44,682 bases of DNA from Candidatus Omnitrophota bacterium (GTDB lineage: Bacteria; Ratteibacteria; UBA8468; MWAK01): NCBI GenBank assembly GCA_043826355.1, contig JBDRQI010000021.1, positions 1 through 44,682 of the forward strand, given 5' to 3'. Positions 17,078 to 26,776 of the stretch are shown piece by piece (within the stretch, counting starts at the first letter, position 1; each line of letters opens with the position of its first letter). The notes beneath the pieces are model-generated. The model worked only from the letters and a program-made list of their open reading frames with translations, had not been told where the DNA came from and ran no database searches. The translations under genes and the position numbers were made by a program.

Positions 17078-18985
17078 ATGGCTAAAGAAAAGATTGTCGG
17101 GATTGACCTGGGTACCAGTAACTCGGCCGCAGCCGTTTACGAAGCCGGCCGCGCCTCCATCATACCCAGCGCAGAAGGGCCTACTCTTTCCGGCAAAGCA
17201 TTCCCTTCCTACGTAGCTTTCACCAAAGATGGCCAGGTGCTGGTAGGCGAACCGGCCCGGCGACAGGCAGTAGCCAACACGGAAGGAACTATTCTGGGCG
17301 CCAAGCGGAAGATGGGCACCGATTTTAAATACAACATCTACGGTAAAGAGTATACGCCCCAGCAGATTTCCGCTTTCATCCTCTCCAAGATAAAGAAGGA
17401 CAGCGAGGCCTTCCTGGGGACCGAGGTTAAGAAAGCGGTCATCACGGTACCGGCTTACTTTAACGACAACCAGCGCCAGGCAACGAAAGATGCCGGCACC
17501 ATTGCCGGACTGGAAGTGGTACGACTCATCAACGAACCGACTGCGGCCGCTTTTGCTTACGGGCTGGAAAAGATAGAGCAGGAACTGAAGGTCATGGTCT
17601 TTGACCTGGGCGCCGGCACCCTTGACGTCACGATTATGGACCTGCATAAGGGCGTGGGCAAGGTAATCTCCACCAGCGGCGATACCCAGTTGGGCGGGCT
17701 GGATATGGACAAGTTGATTGTTGACTACATCGCCTCCGAATTCAAGAAAGAATCCGGCCTTGACATCAAGAACGACAGGATGGCGATGCAGCGCATCCAC
17801 GAAGCGGCCGAAAAAGCCAAGATTGAGCTTTCCACAACCCTGGTCACTGACATCAACCTTCCTTACATTACCGCGGACAGCACCGGGCCAAAACATTTGA
17901 CAATGTCCATCCGTCGTTCCAAGCTGGAAGATTTAATCCGGCCGATTATGGACCGGTGCAAGGGACCGCTGAAACAGGCGTTGTCCGACGCCAAACTGGA
18001 ACCCAGAAAGATAGACAGAATTATCATGGTCGGCGGACCCACCCGGATGCCGATAGTCCAGGCCTTCCTGGAAGAGTACGTCGGCCGCAAGGCAGAAGGC
18101 GGGGTTGACCCGATGGAATGCGTGGCGCTCGGCGCCGCCATCCAGGGCGGAATTCTGGCCGGAGACCTGCAGGACAAAGAACTGCTCCTGCTAGACGTTA
18201 CGCCGCTTTCCCTGGGAATTGAAACGCTGGGTGCGGTATCCACCAAACTGATTGAGCGCAACACCACCATCCCGACCCGTAAATCCCAGATATTTTCTAC
18301 GGCCGCCGACGGCCAGACCGCGGTTGATATTCACGTGCTGCAGGGCGAACGGGCGATGGCCTCCGACAATATCTCGCTGGGCAGTTTCCAGTTGACCGGC
18401 ATACCATCCGCGCCCCGCGGAATGCCGCAGATTGAAGTAACCTTTGACATTGACGCCAACGGCATCCTGAGCGTTTCGGCGAAGGACAAAGGAACCGGCA
18501 AGGAACAATCCATCAAGATTACCGCTTCCACTAAACTATCCAAGGACGAAATTGAAAAGATGGTCAACCAGTCGGAGCAGTTTGCGGAAGCGGACCGGAA
18601 GAAGAAGGAAGTGGTTGAAACCGCTAACCAGGCGGACAACCTTATCTATACCACGGAAAAGACGTTCAAGGAACACGGCTCTAAATTACCGGAAGACGAA
18701 CGCAAACAGATTGAGGAGAAGATTGCCGGCCTGAAGAAAGAACTGGAATCGCCCAACAAGACGGTTGAATCCCTTAAGGCCGCCATGGAATCGTTGAGCC
18801 AGGCCGCCAATAAACTGGCTGAGATTATCTACAAGCAGTCGCAGGCGCAGGGCCAGCAGGCAGAACCAGGCACGGAAGGCGCCGGCCCGGGTCAGGCCGG
18901 TCCGGAAGCCGGAGCAGGCGGTGGACCGGAGGAGAAGAAAGACGGCGAAGGCCCGGTCATCGACGCAGAATTCAAGGAAAAATGA
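17078..18985 (+). CDS. dnaK: Chaperone DnaK (Hsp70)
   Basis: [52 protein letters not shown]-terminus. ATG 17078 after AGGAG. Confidence 0.98.
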   Translation: MAKEKIVGIDLGTSNSAAAVYEAGRASIIPSAEGPTLSGKAFPSYVAFTKDGQVLVGEPARRQAVANTEGTILGAKRKMGTDFKYNIYGKEYTPQQISAFILSKIKKDSEAFLGTEVKKAVITVPAYFNDNQRQATKDAGTIAGLEVVRLINEPTAAAFAYGLEKIEQELKVMVFDLGAGTLDVTIMDLHKGVGKVISTSGDTQLGGLDMDKLIVDYIASEFKKESGLDIKNDRMAMQRIHEAAEKAKIELSTTLVTDINLPYITADSTGPKHLTMSIRRSKLEDLIRPIMDRCKGPLKQALSDAKLEPRKIDRIIMVGGPTRMPIVQAFLEEYVGRKAEGGVDPMECVALGAAIQGGILAGDLQDKELLLLDVTPLSLGIETLGAVSTKLIERNTTIPTRKSQIFSTAADGQTAVDIHVLQGERAMASDNISLGSFQLTGIPSAPRGMPQIEVTFDIDANGILSVSAKDKGTGKEQSIKITASTKLSKDEIEKMVNQSEQFAEADRKKKEVVETANQADNLIYTTEKTFKEHGSKLPEDERKQIEEKIAGLKKELESPNKTVESLKAAMESLSQAANKLAEIIYKQSQAQGQQAEPGTEGAGPGQAGPEAGAGGGPEEKKDGEGPVIDAEFKEK

Positions 18986-19037
18986 CATTTTGGATTGAAC
19001 CAAAATGTCATTTCCGCATGTGGTAAGCGGGAATCCA
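18980..19037. repeat. Inverted repeat over the dnaK stop plus half of a family-D (TCATTCCCGC/GCGGGAATCCA) element
   Basis: AAATGACATTTTGG-6 nt-CCAAAATGTCATTT is a perfect 14-bp stem; its right arm overlaps GTCATTTCCGC...GCGGGAATCCA, similar to 32563. Confidence 0.65.
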
Positions 19038-19072
19038 TAAATAACAGCCCAACCCAACAACCCCATGAGATG

Positions 19073-19109
19073 AAAACCCCGTGAGGCCTTTTGCCTCACG
19101 GGGTTTTTT
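19073..19109 (+). terminator. Rho-independent terminator of dnaK
   Basis: AAAACCCCGTGAGGC-CTTTT-GCCTCACGGGGTTTTTT. Confidence 0.88.
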
Positions 19110-19122
19110 GTTATCCATCCTG

Positions 19123-19152
19123 TTGACGCAAAACTGCGGATTAACATATAAT
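19123..19152 (+). promoter_or_regulatory. Putative sigma70 promoter for the gatC-accA-hisG unit
   Basis: TTGACG-18 nt-TATAAT, 10 nt before the gatC ATG. Confidence 0.65.
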
Positions 19153-19162
19153 AAGGGCTGCC

Positions 19163-19462
19163 ATGGAAGAAGAAAAGATACGTTACCTGGCTCACCTTGC
19201 CCGGATTCAACTGAGCGAGGCAGAAGTCCGTGACCTAAAGAAGGACCTCTCGCAGATGCTGGATTACGTCGGACAGTTAAAATCGCTGGAAACCGGCGAA
19301 GTTGAACCGACCAACGCCGTGCTTCCGGCGTACAACCGGTTTCGCAAAGATGAGGTGATGCCCTCTATGCCGGTTGAGAAAGCGCTGGTAAATGCGCCGG
19401 ACCGGATGGACGATTTTTTCCGCGTTCCCCGCGTTATTACGGAACGAAAAACGAATGAGTGA
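19163..19462 (+). CDS. gatC: Asp/Glu-tRNA amidotransferase subunit C
   Basis: IRYLAHLARI, MLDYVGQL, VEPT, R.D.V, NAP, FRVPRVI. Confidence 0.92.
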   Translation: MEEEKIRYLAHLARIQLSEAEVRDLKKDLSQMLDYVGQLKSLETGEVEPTNAVLPAYNRFRKDEVMPSMPVEKALVNAPDRMDDFFRVPRVITERKTNE

Positions 19463-20261
19463 AGAACTGACGCCCTGGCAGAAGGTGCAATTGGCGCGGG
19501 AGCCAAACCGGCCCCACACCAGGGATTATATTGATAATTTAATCATTGATTTCGTGGAATTGCACGGCGACCGTTATTTTGCGGATGACCCGGCCCTGAT
19601 TGGCGGAATCGGAAAATTCAACGGAGATACGGTCGTCATCTTCGGACACCAAAAAGGCCGGGAAACAAAGGAAAATATCCGGCTCAATTTCGGGATGGCC
19701 CACCCGGAAGGATACCAGAAAGCCAGGCGACTGATGAAACTGGGCGAAAAATTCCGCTTTCCGGTAATCAGTCTGGTGGATACGCCCGGCGCCCATCCGG
19801 GGATGGAAGCGGAGGAACGAAACCAGGCGGGCGCCATAGCGCAGAACCTGATGGCGATGTCCACCATGCGCACACCCATCATTACGGTAATACTCGGAGA
19901 AGGCGGAAGCGGCGGAGCGCTCGGCATCGCCCTGTCCGACCGGGTTCTGATGCTGGAAAACAGCATCTATTCGGTAATCTCTCCGGAGGGCTGCGCGGCT
20001 ATTTTGTGGAAGAAACAGGAGGCAAAAGAAGAAGCGGCCCAGGCCTTGAAACTGACCGCGCCGGACCTTCTGGAGTTCAAAATTATTGACGAAATCATCC
20101 CGGAACCGCCCGGCGGCGCCCATCTCGACCCGAAAACTACCGTGGAAAAAGTGGCGCAGGCGCTTAAAAATAACCTGGAACAACTAAAGGCTCTGCCACT
20201 GGAACAGTTATTGAACCAGCGGTACGAAAAGTACCGCCGCGTCGGGGTATTTAAGGAGTAA
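19455..20261 (+). CDS. accA: Acetyl-CoA carboxylase carboxyltransferase alpha subunit (short form)
   Basis: LTPWQKVQLAR, ELHGDR, PEGYQKA, DTPGA, GEGGSGGALG, YSVISPEGCAAILW. Confidence 0.95.
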   Translation: MSEELTPWQKVQLAREPNRPHTRDYIDNLIIDFVELHGDRYFADDPALIGGIGKFNGDTVVIFGHQKGRETKENIRLNFGMAHPEGYQKARRLMKLGEKFRFPVISLVDTPGAHPGMEAEERNQAGAIAQNLMAMSTMRTPIITVILGEGGSGGALGIALSDRVLMLENSIYSVISPEGCAAILWKKQEAKEEAAQALKLTAPDLLEFKIIDEIIPEPPGGAHLDPKTTVEKVAQALKNNLEQLKALPLEQLLNQRYEKYRRVGVFKE

Positions 20262-20262
20262 G

Positions 20263-21177
20263 ATGAAGACACAAAAACAGAAAGACGTAAAGGTACAAAG
20301 TAAAAAAAATAAACTGGTAATCGGGTTGCCTAAAGGAAGCCTGGAGGAGATCACCAAGCGGCTCTTCCATAAAGCCGGCATCAACCTTTACGGTAAACCC
20401 CGCGCTTATTATCTGGTATCAGACGATAAGGAACTGGAGATAATGTTAATCCGGGCTCAGGAAATACCCGGTTACGTTGAAAGCGGTAACCTTGACCTGG
20501 GTTTGACCGGCAAAGACTGGATCACGGAAACCGGCGCCCGGGTAAAAGAAGTGGCGGAACTTTCCTATGCTAAAAGCGGGCTGGGGACTGTCCAGCTGGT
20601 CCTGGCGGTACCGGAGGAATCCGGAATCAAAAGCGTAAAGGATTTAGAGGGAAAGCGCATCGCCACCGAACTGGTCCGGGTTACCAAAGATTACCTCAGG
20701 CGAAAAGGCGTCAAGGCGGAGGTGGAATTTTCCTGGGGCGCCACGGAAATTAAAGCGGGTAAGTTATGCGATGCGATTGCGGAACTGACCGAATCAGGCG
20801 CAACCATCCGGGCGCATAACCTGAAAATAATAGATACGATATTAACCTCGACCACCCGGCTGATAGCCAACCCGGAAGCCCTGGCCAACTCCTGGAAAAA
20901 GAAGAAGATTGAATATGTAAGTCTACTGCTCCGGGCGGCTTTGAACGCGGAAGAATTGGTCGGACTCAAATTAAATGTGAGCGAAGCAAACCTGCCGAAA
21001 ATTTTTCGTGTCCTGCCGGCGCTTAAAAGGCCGACTATCTCCAAACTCACGGAACCGGGCTGGTGCGCCCTGGAAGTCATTTGCAAACGTGACGAAGTAA
21101 CATTTCTCATACCGAAGTTAAAGAAGGCCGGCGCAGAGGGTATCGTGGAATATCCGTTGAACCGCGTCGTGTTCTGA
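20263..21177 (+). CDS. hisG: ATP phosphoribosyltransferase (long form)
   Basis: LPKGSL, IRAQEIP, DLGLTGKDW, IATEL, SWGATE, C-terminal regulatory domain (PALKRPTIS...GAEGI). Confidence 0.95.
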   Translation: MKTQKQKDVKVQSKKNKLVIGLPKGSLEEITKRLFHKAGINLYGKPRAYYLVSDDKELEIMLIRAQEIPGYVESGNLDLGLTGKDWITETGARVKEVAELSYAKSGLGTVQLVLAVPEESGIKSVKDLEGKRIATELVRVTKDYLRRKGVKAEVEFSWGATEIKAGKLCDAIAELTESGATIRAHNLKIIDTILTSTTRLIANPEALANSWKKKKIEYVSLLLRAALNAEELVGLKLNVSEANLPKIFRVLPALKRPTISKLTEPGWCALEVICKRDEVTFLIPKLKKAGAEGIVEYPLNRVVF

Positions 21178-21208
21178 ACACAGCTAATCGTAGTTATCGG
21201 AGGTTTTA

Positions 21209-21304
21209 ATGCCTTGCGGAAAAAAACGTAAACGCGCTAAGATGGCGAAACATAAAAGAAAAAAACGCCTTCGCCGCGATAGACATAAGAAAAAAGAATA
21301 TTAG
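21209..21304 (+). CDS. 31-aa Lys/Arg-rich protein, bS22/AURKAIP1-COX24-like putative ribosomal protein
   Basis: MPCGKKRKRAKMAKHKRKKRLRRDRHKKKEY with SD GGAGGT at 21199. Matches the KRKR.KM.KHKRKK.L pattern. Below the ORF-track size cutoff. Confidence 0.8.
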   Translation: MPCGKKRKRAKMAKHKRKKRLRRDRHKKKEY

Positions 21305-21331
21305 GGGTCTGATGGGGGTTGAGAAAGAATA

Positions 21332-22618
21332 ATGGCGAAAATTATCTGCCGGCCTTTGTTCCTGGTTAGCCTGGTATTATTCTTATTATGCCGGACGCAA
21401 GTATCGGGAGAGGACTCATATTCCGCTTATCTTAAGGGTATAGCTGCCTCCGGAGAAGGTGATTTTGCCCTGGCGGAGTCATACCTGAAAGAAGCCAGCC
21501 GGTTTGACCCCCGAAGCAGCAAGGTCTGGAACGCGTTAGCCAAAATTTATCTTCAGAAAAATAAATTCAACGAGGCGATTATCGCCTACAACCGGGCAAA
21601 ATCCCTCAACCCGGGCGATAAGGAGATTTACTACGGGCTTGGCCTCGCCTATCTGCGCCTGCAAAAAAATACGCTTGCCCGGCTCCAGTACGAAGCGCTC
21701 ATCAAACGTTTCCCGCAAGAACGGGAAGCTTATCTTCTCCTGGCTGACCTTTATACCAGCGCCGGCCTCAGGAATGCCGCCCTGAATACCTACCGACAAA
21801 TCCTTGCATTTCTGCCCGACAATCCGATTATTCTTTACAACTACGCTGTTCTTCTGGCCCAGCAAAAAGATTACCGGGCGGCTCAAAAGTATCTGGTTAA
21901 AGCAACCGGTCTGGCGCCTAACTTCATTCCGGCCGGAGCGCTGCTGGCCAAAATTTACTGGGAAACCGGCAATCTTGACGCGGCAGAAGAAAGTTATTGC
22001 CGGATTCTGGAACTGGCTCCCAATGATCAGGGCGTCCTGTTCGGTCTGGTCAGAGTATACCTTGAGAGAAAAAAATGGGCGGAAGCCGGAATTACCCTGG
22101 AAAAAATTACAAATCCAAAAAACGACGAACTTTTAAAGCTGATGGGTTATGTCTACCGCCAGAATAAAGAACCGGAAAAAGCCCTCCTTGTTTTTCAAGA
22201 GGCGCTGGAATTAAGAAACGACCCCCGCACCAGGTTTTACCTGGCGCTGACCCTGGATGATTTAAAGCGTGACACGGAAGCAATAGAACAACTGCGCAAA
22301 ATAATCAGCCGGAACCCGGAAAACCACGAGGCGCTTAATTACCTGGGGTACACCCTGGTGGAACGGAACGAAAGATTGGACGAGGCCGAACAATTAATCA
22401 AAGAAGCAGTACGCCTGGATCCGGAAAACGGCGCGTACCTTGACAGTCTGGGATGGCTTTATTTTAAAAAGGGTAGATTTTTCTTCGCCCGCTATTATCT
22501 TTTGAAAGCGATTCGGCTGGAACCGGACCCGGAAATCTACCAGCACCTGTCAGAACTATACCGGCGAACAGGCAATACCAAAAAAGCGGAATACTACCAA
22601 CGAAAAGCAATACCTTAG
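21332..22618 (+). CDS. Exported tetratricopeptide repeat protein
   Basis: Signal-like N-terminus, many TPR units, ALNYLGY...DPENGAYLDSLGW C-terminal motif. Confidence 0.9.
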   Translation: MAKIICRPLFLVSLVLFLLCRTQVSGEDSYSAYLKGIAASGEGDFALAESYLKEASRFDPRSSKVWNALAKIYLQKNKFNEAIIAYNRAKSLNPGDKEIYYGLGLAYLRLQKNTLARLQYEALIKRFPQEREAYLLLADLYTSAGLRNAALNTYRQILAFLPDNPIILYNYAVLLAQQKDYRAAQKYLVKATGLAPNFIPAGALLAKIYWETGNLDAAEESYCRILELAPNDQGVLFGLVRVYLERKKWAEAGITLEKITNPKNDELLKLMGYVYRQNKEPEKALLVFQEALELRNDPRTRFYLALTLDDLKRDTEAIEQLRKIISRNPENHEALNYLGYTLVERNERLDEAEQLIKEAVRLDPENGAYLDSLGWLYFKKGRFFFARYYLLKAIRLEPDPEIYQHLSELYRRTGNTKKAEYYQRKAIP

Positions 22619-22622
22619 AAGA

Positions 22623-22687
22623 TTGGATCCCCGCCTAATACGTTGCGCGGGGATACGGGGGTCCCCTATCCAATGCTCTGGATAGGG
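22623..22687. repeat. Family-D half element plus a second hairpin between convergent genes
   Basis: TTGGATCCCCGCCTAATACG...GCGGGGAT resembles 39971; CCCTATCCA-ATGCTC-TGGATAGGG hairpin follows. Confidence 0.6.
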
Positions 22688-22696
22688 CATAAATCG

Positions 22697-23785
22697 TCAT
22701 TTCCAGCCCAACCGCGCCATAACCGACCGGGCTTCATCCTCACTGGAACAACTAACCTGAACAAGAAGACCATCCGGTTTGAGATTTTCCAGAACCAGGG
22801 GAATCTCTTCTACGGCGGGATAAACAACGACGGACTTCTTCTTCGCCTGAATCTTCCGGTAAAGGGGAAACCAACGGCTGATACCTTCCTTGTCAAACCT
22901 GGCTCCGCGTACCCATTGAATCGCGTTCAGTTTCGGTATTTCCAGCAGAAGGTCAAGGTGCTGAAGAGCTTCAACGCCGTCCAGGTGGTAAATGGAATAA
23001 TCCAGATATTCTATTTCGCTTAAGAGTTCTTCCAGGAAAAATTCCCGGTACATTCCGGGAGAAACAAGACAGGAAAAATCGTTTTGAACCGGATATGATT
23101 TTCCGGGCGCCCAAAGACCCATCCAGGAGCAACCTGTACCATCCTGGATTCCATTCACGATTTGGTAGTAATCGTCATAGATTTTTTGCCAAACCCGGTA
23201 AAGCAATCGCATCGCTTCTTTGACTCTCTCCGGATTTTCGATAAGGTCCAGAGCAGCCTTGTCCGGGCCGCCCCTTAAGACTGATAGACAGTCAAAACCA
23301 CCGTGCAGGTCGGTCGGGCCTACCAGAAACTTTCCCCGGCCTCTCTTAATTGCCTGGCGGGTCAGTTCCAGATTTTTTGGGTAAACAGGGTTTGAATCCC
23401 TGATTTCCAGCCCGGAAAGATTTTTATAATCATTGAGAGTATTTTGCGACCAGTCTATCCAGGAAGTGATATTTGAGTCTTCGGAAAATTTAAGTTCGGT
23501 TCCCAGAAAAGCCGAGAAAACGTCCGGACCGAAATTGGGCCAGAACAATGGAAAAGCTAAACCTCCAAAAAAAGTATTCCGGCACCAACCCTCAAAATAA
23601 TCAAGAACACGCTCCGGTAATTCCTGAAAAACCACCTTTGGGTTAGACCAATTGCCAGCAGATTCCAAATGAACCGGAACTTTTTTGGGGGCAGTTACGG
23701 AAAGAGCCACCCGGTCCAGAACCTCACAATTCCAAAATGCTTGGAAATATGGTTTTAATTCTTCGAAATTTGGCTTATATTCCAT
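22697..23785 (-). CDS. Uroporphyrinogen decarboxylase/methyltransferase-like superfamily protein of unknown function
   Basis: PNFGPD, TDLHG, LRG...DL..NPE.VK, QNDFS..VSP.M...F, YHLDG, IQWV pattern. Confidence 0.7.
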   Translation of the reverse strand: MEYKPNFEELKPYFQAFWNCEVLDRVALSVTAPKKVPVHLESAGNWSNPKVVFQELPERVLDYFEGWCRNTFFGGLAFPLFWPNFGPDVFSAFLGTELKFSEDSNITSWIDWSQNTLNDYKNLSGLEIRDSNPVYPKNLELTRQAIKRGRGKFLVGPTDLHGGFDCLSVLRGGPDKAALDLIENPERVKEAMRLLYRVWQKIYDDYYQIVNGIQDGTGCSWMGLWAPGKSYPVQNDFSCLVSPGMYREFFLEELLSEIEYLDYSIYHLDGVEALQHLDLLLEIPKLNAIQWVRGARFDKEGISRWFPLYRKIQAKKKSVVVYPAVEEIPLVLENLKPDGLLVQVSCSSEDEARSVMARLGWK

Positions 23786-25013
23786 CGCTATTCTTCTCTT
23801 TCCGCAATATGCGGCTGATTAATTTTCCTTTGGCAAGTCTGGTAATAATCGTCTGGTTCAAATCAACATCCTTTGCATCCTTGACCACTTTTCCTTCCGG
23901 GTGGGTGAGCGTGATGCTGTAGCCCCGTTCCAGAACCGCTAAGGGCGAGAGCCCGGAAAGATGCCGGCCCAGGGATTCCCAGGTTTTGCGAAACTTTTCC
24001 AGCAGGGAATTTTCAGACCGGGCCATCCGTTCGGAAAGTTCATCTATCCGCTGGCCAAAAGTCAAAAGCAAATCTGCGGGCCGCTGAAACCCGTAACGGC
24101 CCTTGATGGTTTCCAGTCGCCGGTTTCCTTCTTGTGTTTGATTTCTTACCAAATACGCCATCCGCTGAAAATAGGTTGCAACTTTGGTAAAGGTCTCCTC
24201 CCGGTGCAGGGAGATGATTTCCGCGGCGGCAGACGGGGTCGGAGCGCGCAGGTCTGCCACAAAATCACTGATGGTATAATCAACCTCGTGGCCGATGGCG
24301 GAAATTATCGGAATAGTTGAACCGGCGATTGCCCGGGCAACCGTTTCTTCATTAAAAGCCCACAGGTCTTCCAAGCTTCCGCCGCCCCGGGCCAGGACTA
24401 TCGCGTCAAAACCCGATAGACGGTTAATCTCCCAAATACCTTTAACTATCTCCGCGGCTGCCTCTTTACCCTGAACCAGGGCCGGATAGATGATAACCTT
24501 GATGGAAGGGTTCCGGCGCCGGAGGACTTGCAGAATATCCCGGACCGCGGCACCGGTGGGTGACGTCACTACGGCCAGGCGCCGGATAAGGTAAGGAATG
24601 GGTCTTTTGCGCTCCGGCGCAAAAAGACCTTCGGTCGATAGTCTTTTTTTTAACTCTTCAAAGGCGGCCTGGAGGGCGCCCAGCCCGCGCGGCTCAATCT
24701 TCTGTCCGATGACCTGGTATTCGCTTCGGCTCTGGTAAGCGGAAACCCGGCCGGCCAGAATAACGTTTACACCGTCTTCAAGCTTAAACTTCAAACCACC
24801 GGCCACATTGCGGAAAAGCACAACCCGTATCTGACTCTCGGCATCCTTGAGATTGAAATAAACGTGTCCGGAAGCCGGCTGCCGCAGGGAGGAAATTTCA
24901 CCTTCAACCCAGACGTAAGGAAAACCGGCCTCCAGCAGATATTTAATCTCGCCGCTTAACTCCGAAACGGAATAGATTTTATTTATCGTGTCAGGTATCA
25001 TAGTGTCAGGCAT
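23775..25013 (-). CDS. xseA: Exodeoxyribonuclease VII large subunit
   Basis: VWVEGEIS, SGHVYFNLKD, VVTSPTGAAVRDI, ARGGGSLEDLWAFNEE, SAIGHEVD, RAPTPSAAAE, LERGYS. Alternative start at 25001. Confidence 0.96.
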   Translation of the reverse strand: MPDTMIPDTINKIYSVSELSGEIKYLLEAGFPYVWVEGEISSLRQPASGHVYFNLKDAESQIRVVLFRNVAGGLKFKLEDGVNVILAGRVSAYQSRSEYQVIGQKIEPRGLGALQAAFEELKKRLSTEGLFAPERKRPIPYLIRRLAVVTSPTGAAVRDILQVLRRRNPSIKVIIYPALVQGKEAAAEIVKGIWEINRLSGFDAIVLARGGGSLEDLWAFNEETVARAIAGSTIPIISAIGHEVDYTISDFVADLRAPTPSAAAEIISLHREETFTKVATYFQRMAYLVRNQTQEGNRRLETIKGRYGFQRPADLLLTFGQRIDELSERMARSENSLLEKFRKTWESLGRHLSGLSPLAVLERGYSITLTHPEGKVVKDAKDVDLNQTIITRLAKGKLISRILRKEKNSDGI

Positions 25014-25897
25014 CAGGTGATGCGGCCCATCGGGTCAACGTGAATGGTAACGCGGGAAATACCGGGCATCTGCTGCTTCAAATGATGTTCCGCCTCATCG
25101 GCAATCTGGTGGCCTTTCTGAACGCTTAAGTTTCCATCCACCAGGATATGCATCTCCACCAGGATGTCCGGACCCAGCCGGCGGGCAGCCAGGTCGTGCA
25201 CGCGGCGTACATCCTTAATGGAATAAACCGCCGCCCGAATCTGCTTCAACGTCGGTTCGTCCACGGAACTTTCAACCAGTTCCGCAAAAACACCCTGCCC
25301 GATATCCAGACCGACGCGCAAAATGAAGATTGAAGTAATGGCTGCGGCCAACGGGTCCATAAAAGGGAAACCGACCCTGGCTCCCAGAATGCCTAAAAAT
25401 GTTGGGATAGAGGAAAAAGCATCTGAACGGTGGTGCCAGGCACTGGCAATCAAAGCCGGACTATTAATCCGGCGGCCGACCCGGATTGTGTAACGGTAAA
25501 GCCATTCCTTGAAAACTATTGAAAAAATTGCGGCAATCAGGGGCAGGAAAGTCGGTATGGTCCGATAATGGGTTAAAACGCTAAAGACCCCCCGGTACAT
25601 AAATCCGAAACCGAATACCAGGAGGAAGATTGCACAGAACGCCGCGGCCATAGTTTCAAACTTGCCGTGGCCGTAAGGATGGCTTGTGTCCTTGGGCTGG
25701 GCGGCTACCCTTAAGCCAAAGAGGACGACAAAGACCGCTACGATGTCGGAGAGGGTTTCAAACGCATCGGTCACCATCGCCTGGCTGTGCCCCAGGACTC
25801 CGGCGAACATCTTAAAGAAAAAGAGGCCGGTATTAATCACCAGGGCGACCAGTATGTTTTTACGTCCGGCAAGATACCGTTCGGCGCGGCTAAGCAT
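25013..25897 (-). CDS. Cation diffusion facilitator family transporter
   Basis: SQAMVTDA, HPYGHGKFE, AWHHRSDA, C-terminal GH.IA...IHVDP. Start taken at ATG 25897. Confidence 0.93.
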   Translation of the reverse strand: MLSRAERYLAGRKNILVALVINTGLFFFKMFAGVLGHSQAMVTDAFETLSDIVAVFVVLFGLRVAAQPKDTSHPYGHGKFETMAAAFCAIFLLVFGFGFMYRGVFSVLTHYRTIPTFLPLIAAIFSIVFKEWLYRYTIRVGRRINSPALIASAWHHRSDAFSSIPTFLGILGARVGFPFMDPLAAAITSIFILRVGLDIGQGVFAELVESSVDEPTLKQIRAAVYSIKDVRRVHDLAARRLGPDILVEMHILVDGNLSVQKGHQIADEAEHHLKQQMPGISRVTIHVDPMGRIT

Positions 25898-26684
25898 ACA
25901 CTTTCTTTTCTTCTGAAATCGCCCGGGATAGTTTCCAGCGTTTTCCGATCCAGGCAAGAGCGTTTTCAATCCGAACCGAAATAACCGGGTGGGTGCTTAA
26001 CGGGGCGATAATCAGGCGGGGTTCTTTCTCTTCAATCTCGCTTAATTTTCGCAAAAAAGAGACCATGCCGGCAGGGTCGTACCCGGCGTTAACGGCATAG
26101 GACATGCCCAGGGTATCGGCCTGAAGTTCGTCCTTGCGGCTGTAAGAAAGCTGCGTCAGGTTAAAGGCAACGTTGACCGCTTGTTCAATCTGCGCGTACC
26201 GGCTTTCGGAAAAGATTATTGAAGCCGGAACAGAATAAAGAACCTGGGACTGCATTTGCTTGATGGCGTGCCGGGCCGCCACGTGTCCGACCTCGTGACC
26301 CAGGACGCAGGCCAGCTCGTCATCGGAAGAGACCAGATTCAACAGGCCGGTCGTCACATAAACGTACCCACCGGGTCCGGCAAAAGCGTTGACCGATTTG
26401 TCTTCCAGGACTTCAAAATAGAACGTAATGTCTTCGCGCCCTGATTGACCGGCCACCTTCTGGCCTATCTTCTTAACCCACGCGATCTTCTCGGCGTTGC
26501 TGCTGGGTTTGAACTCTTTCCTGACCTGGCGGTCAACCGATTCGCCCACCGCAATCTCTTCCTGGGTAGAGTACATGCTTTTTTCCTGGCGGCCGGTTAC
26601 CGGATTATAAACGGTGGAACAACCTCCAAAAGAGATTCCGGCTAACAACAGAAAAAGACCCAAAAAAATATGCCTGTTTCCCAT
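25890..26684 (-). CDS. M48 family Zn metallopeptidase lipoprotein (BepA/YfgC-like catalytic domain)
   Basis: Lipobox-like FGGC, NAFAGPGG, HEVGH, YSRKDELQAD, STHP. Confidence 0.9.
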   Translation of the reverse strand: MGNRHIFLGLFLLLAGISFGGCSTVYNPVTGRQEKSMYSTQEEIAVGESVDRQVRKEFKPSSNAEKIAWVKKIGQKVAGQSGREDITFYFEVLEDKSVNAFAGPGGYVYVTTGLLNLVSSDDELACVLGHEVGHVAARHAIKQMQSQVLYSVPASIIFSESRYAQIEQAVNVAFNLTQLSYSRKDELQADTLGMSYAVNAGYDPAGMVSFLRKLSEIEEKEPRLIIAPLSTHPVISVRIENALAWIGKRWKLSRAISEEKKVYA

Positions 26685-26776
26685 AATTTAAAGTAATCCG
26701 GTTAGAAAAAATGGTTTACTTTCGGAAGCGGGGGCGTTATTTATCAAGCTCGCGGATTGGATGAATCCAACCTTTG

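Noticed and set aside
16955..17896. 313-aa minus-strand ORF opposite dnaK
   Set aside because: Long antisense ORFs opposite dnaK are a well-known codon-bias artefact; no independent evidence.
24988..25015. 15-bp-period duplication giving MPDTMIPDT at the XseA N-terminus
   Set aside because: A two-copy micro-duplication that mainly makes the start codon ambiguous; no evidence of function.
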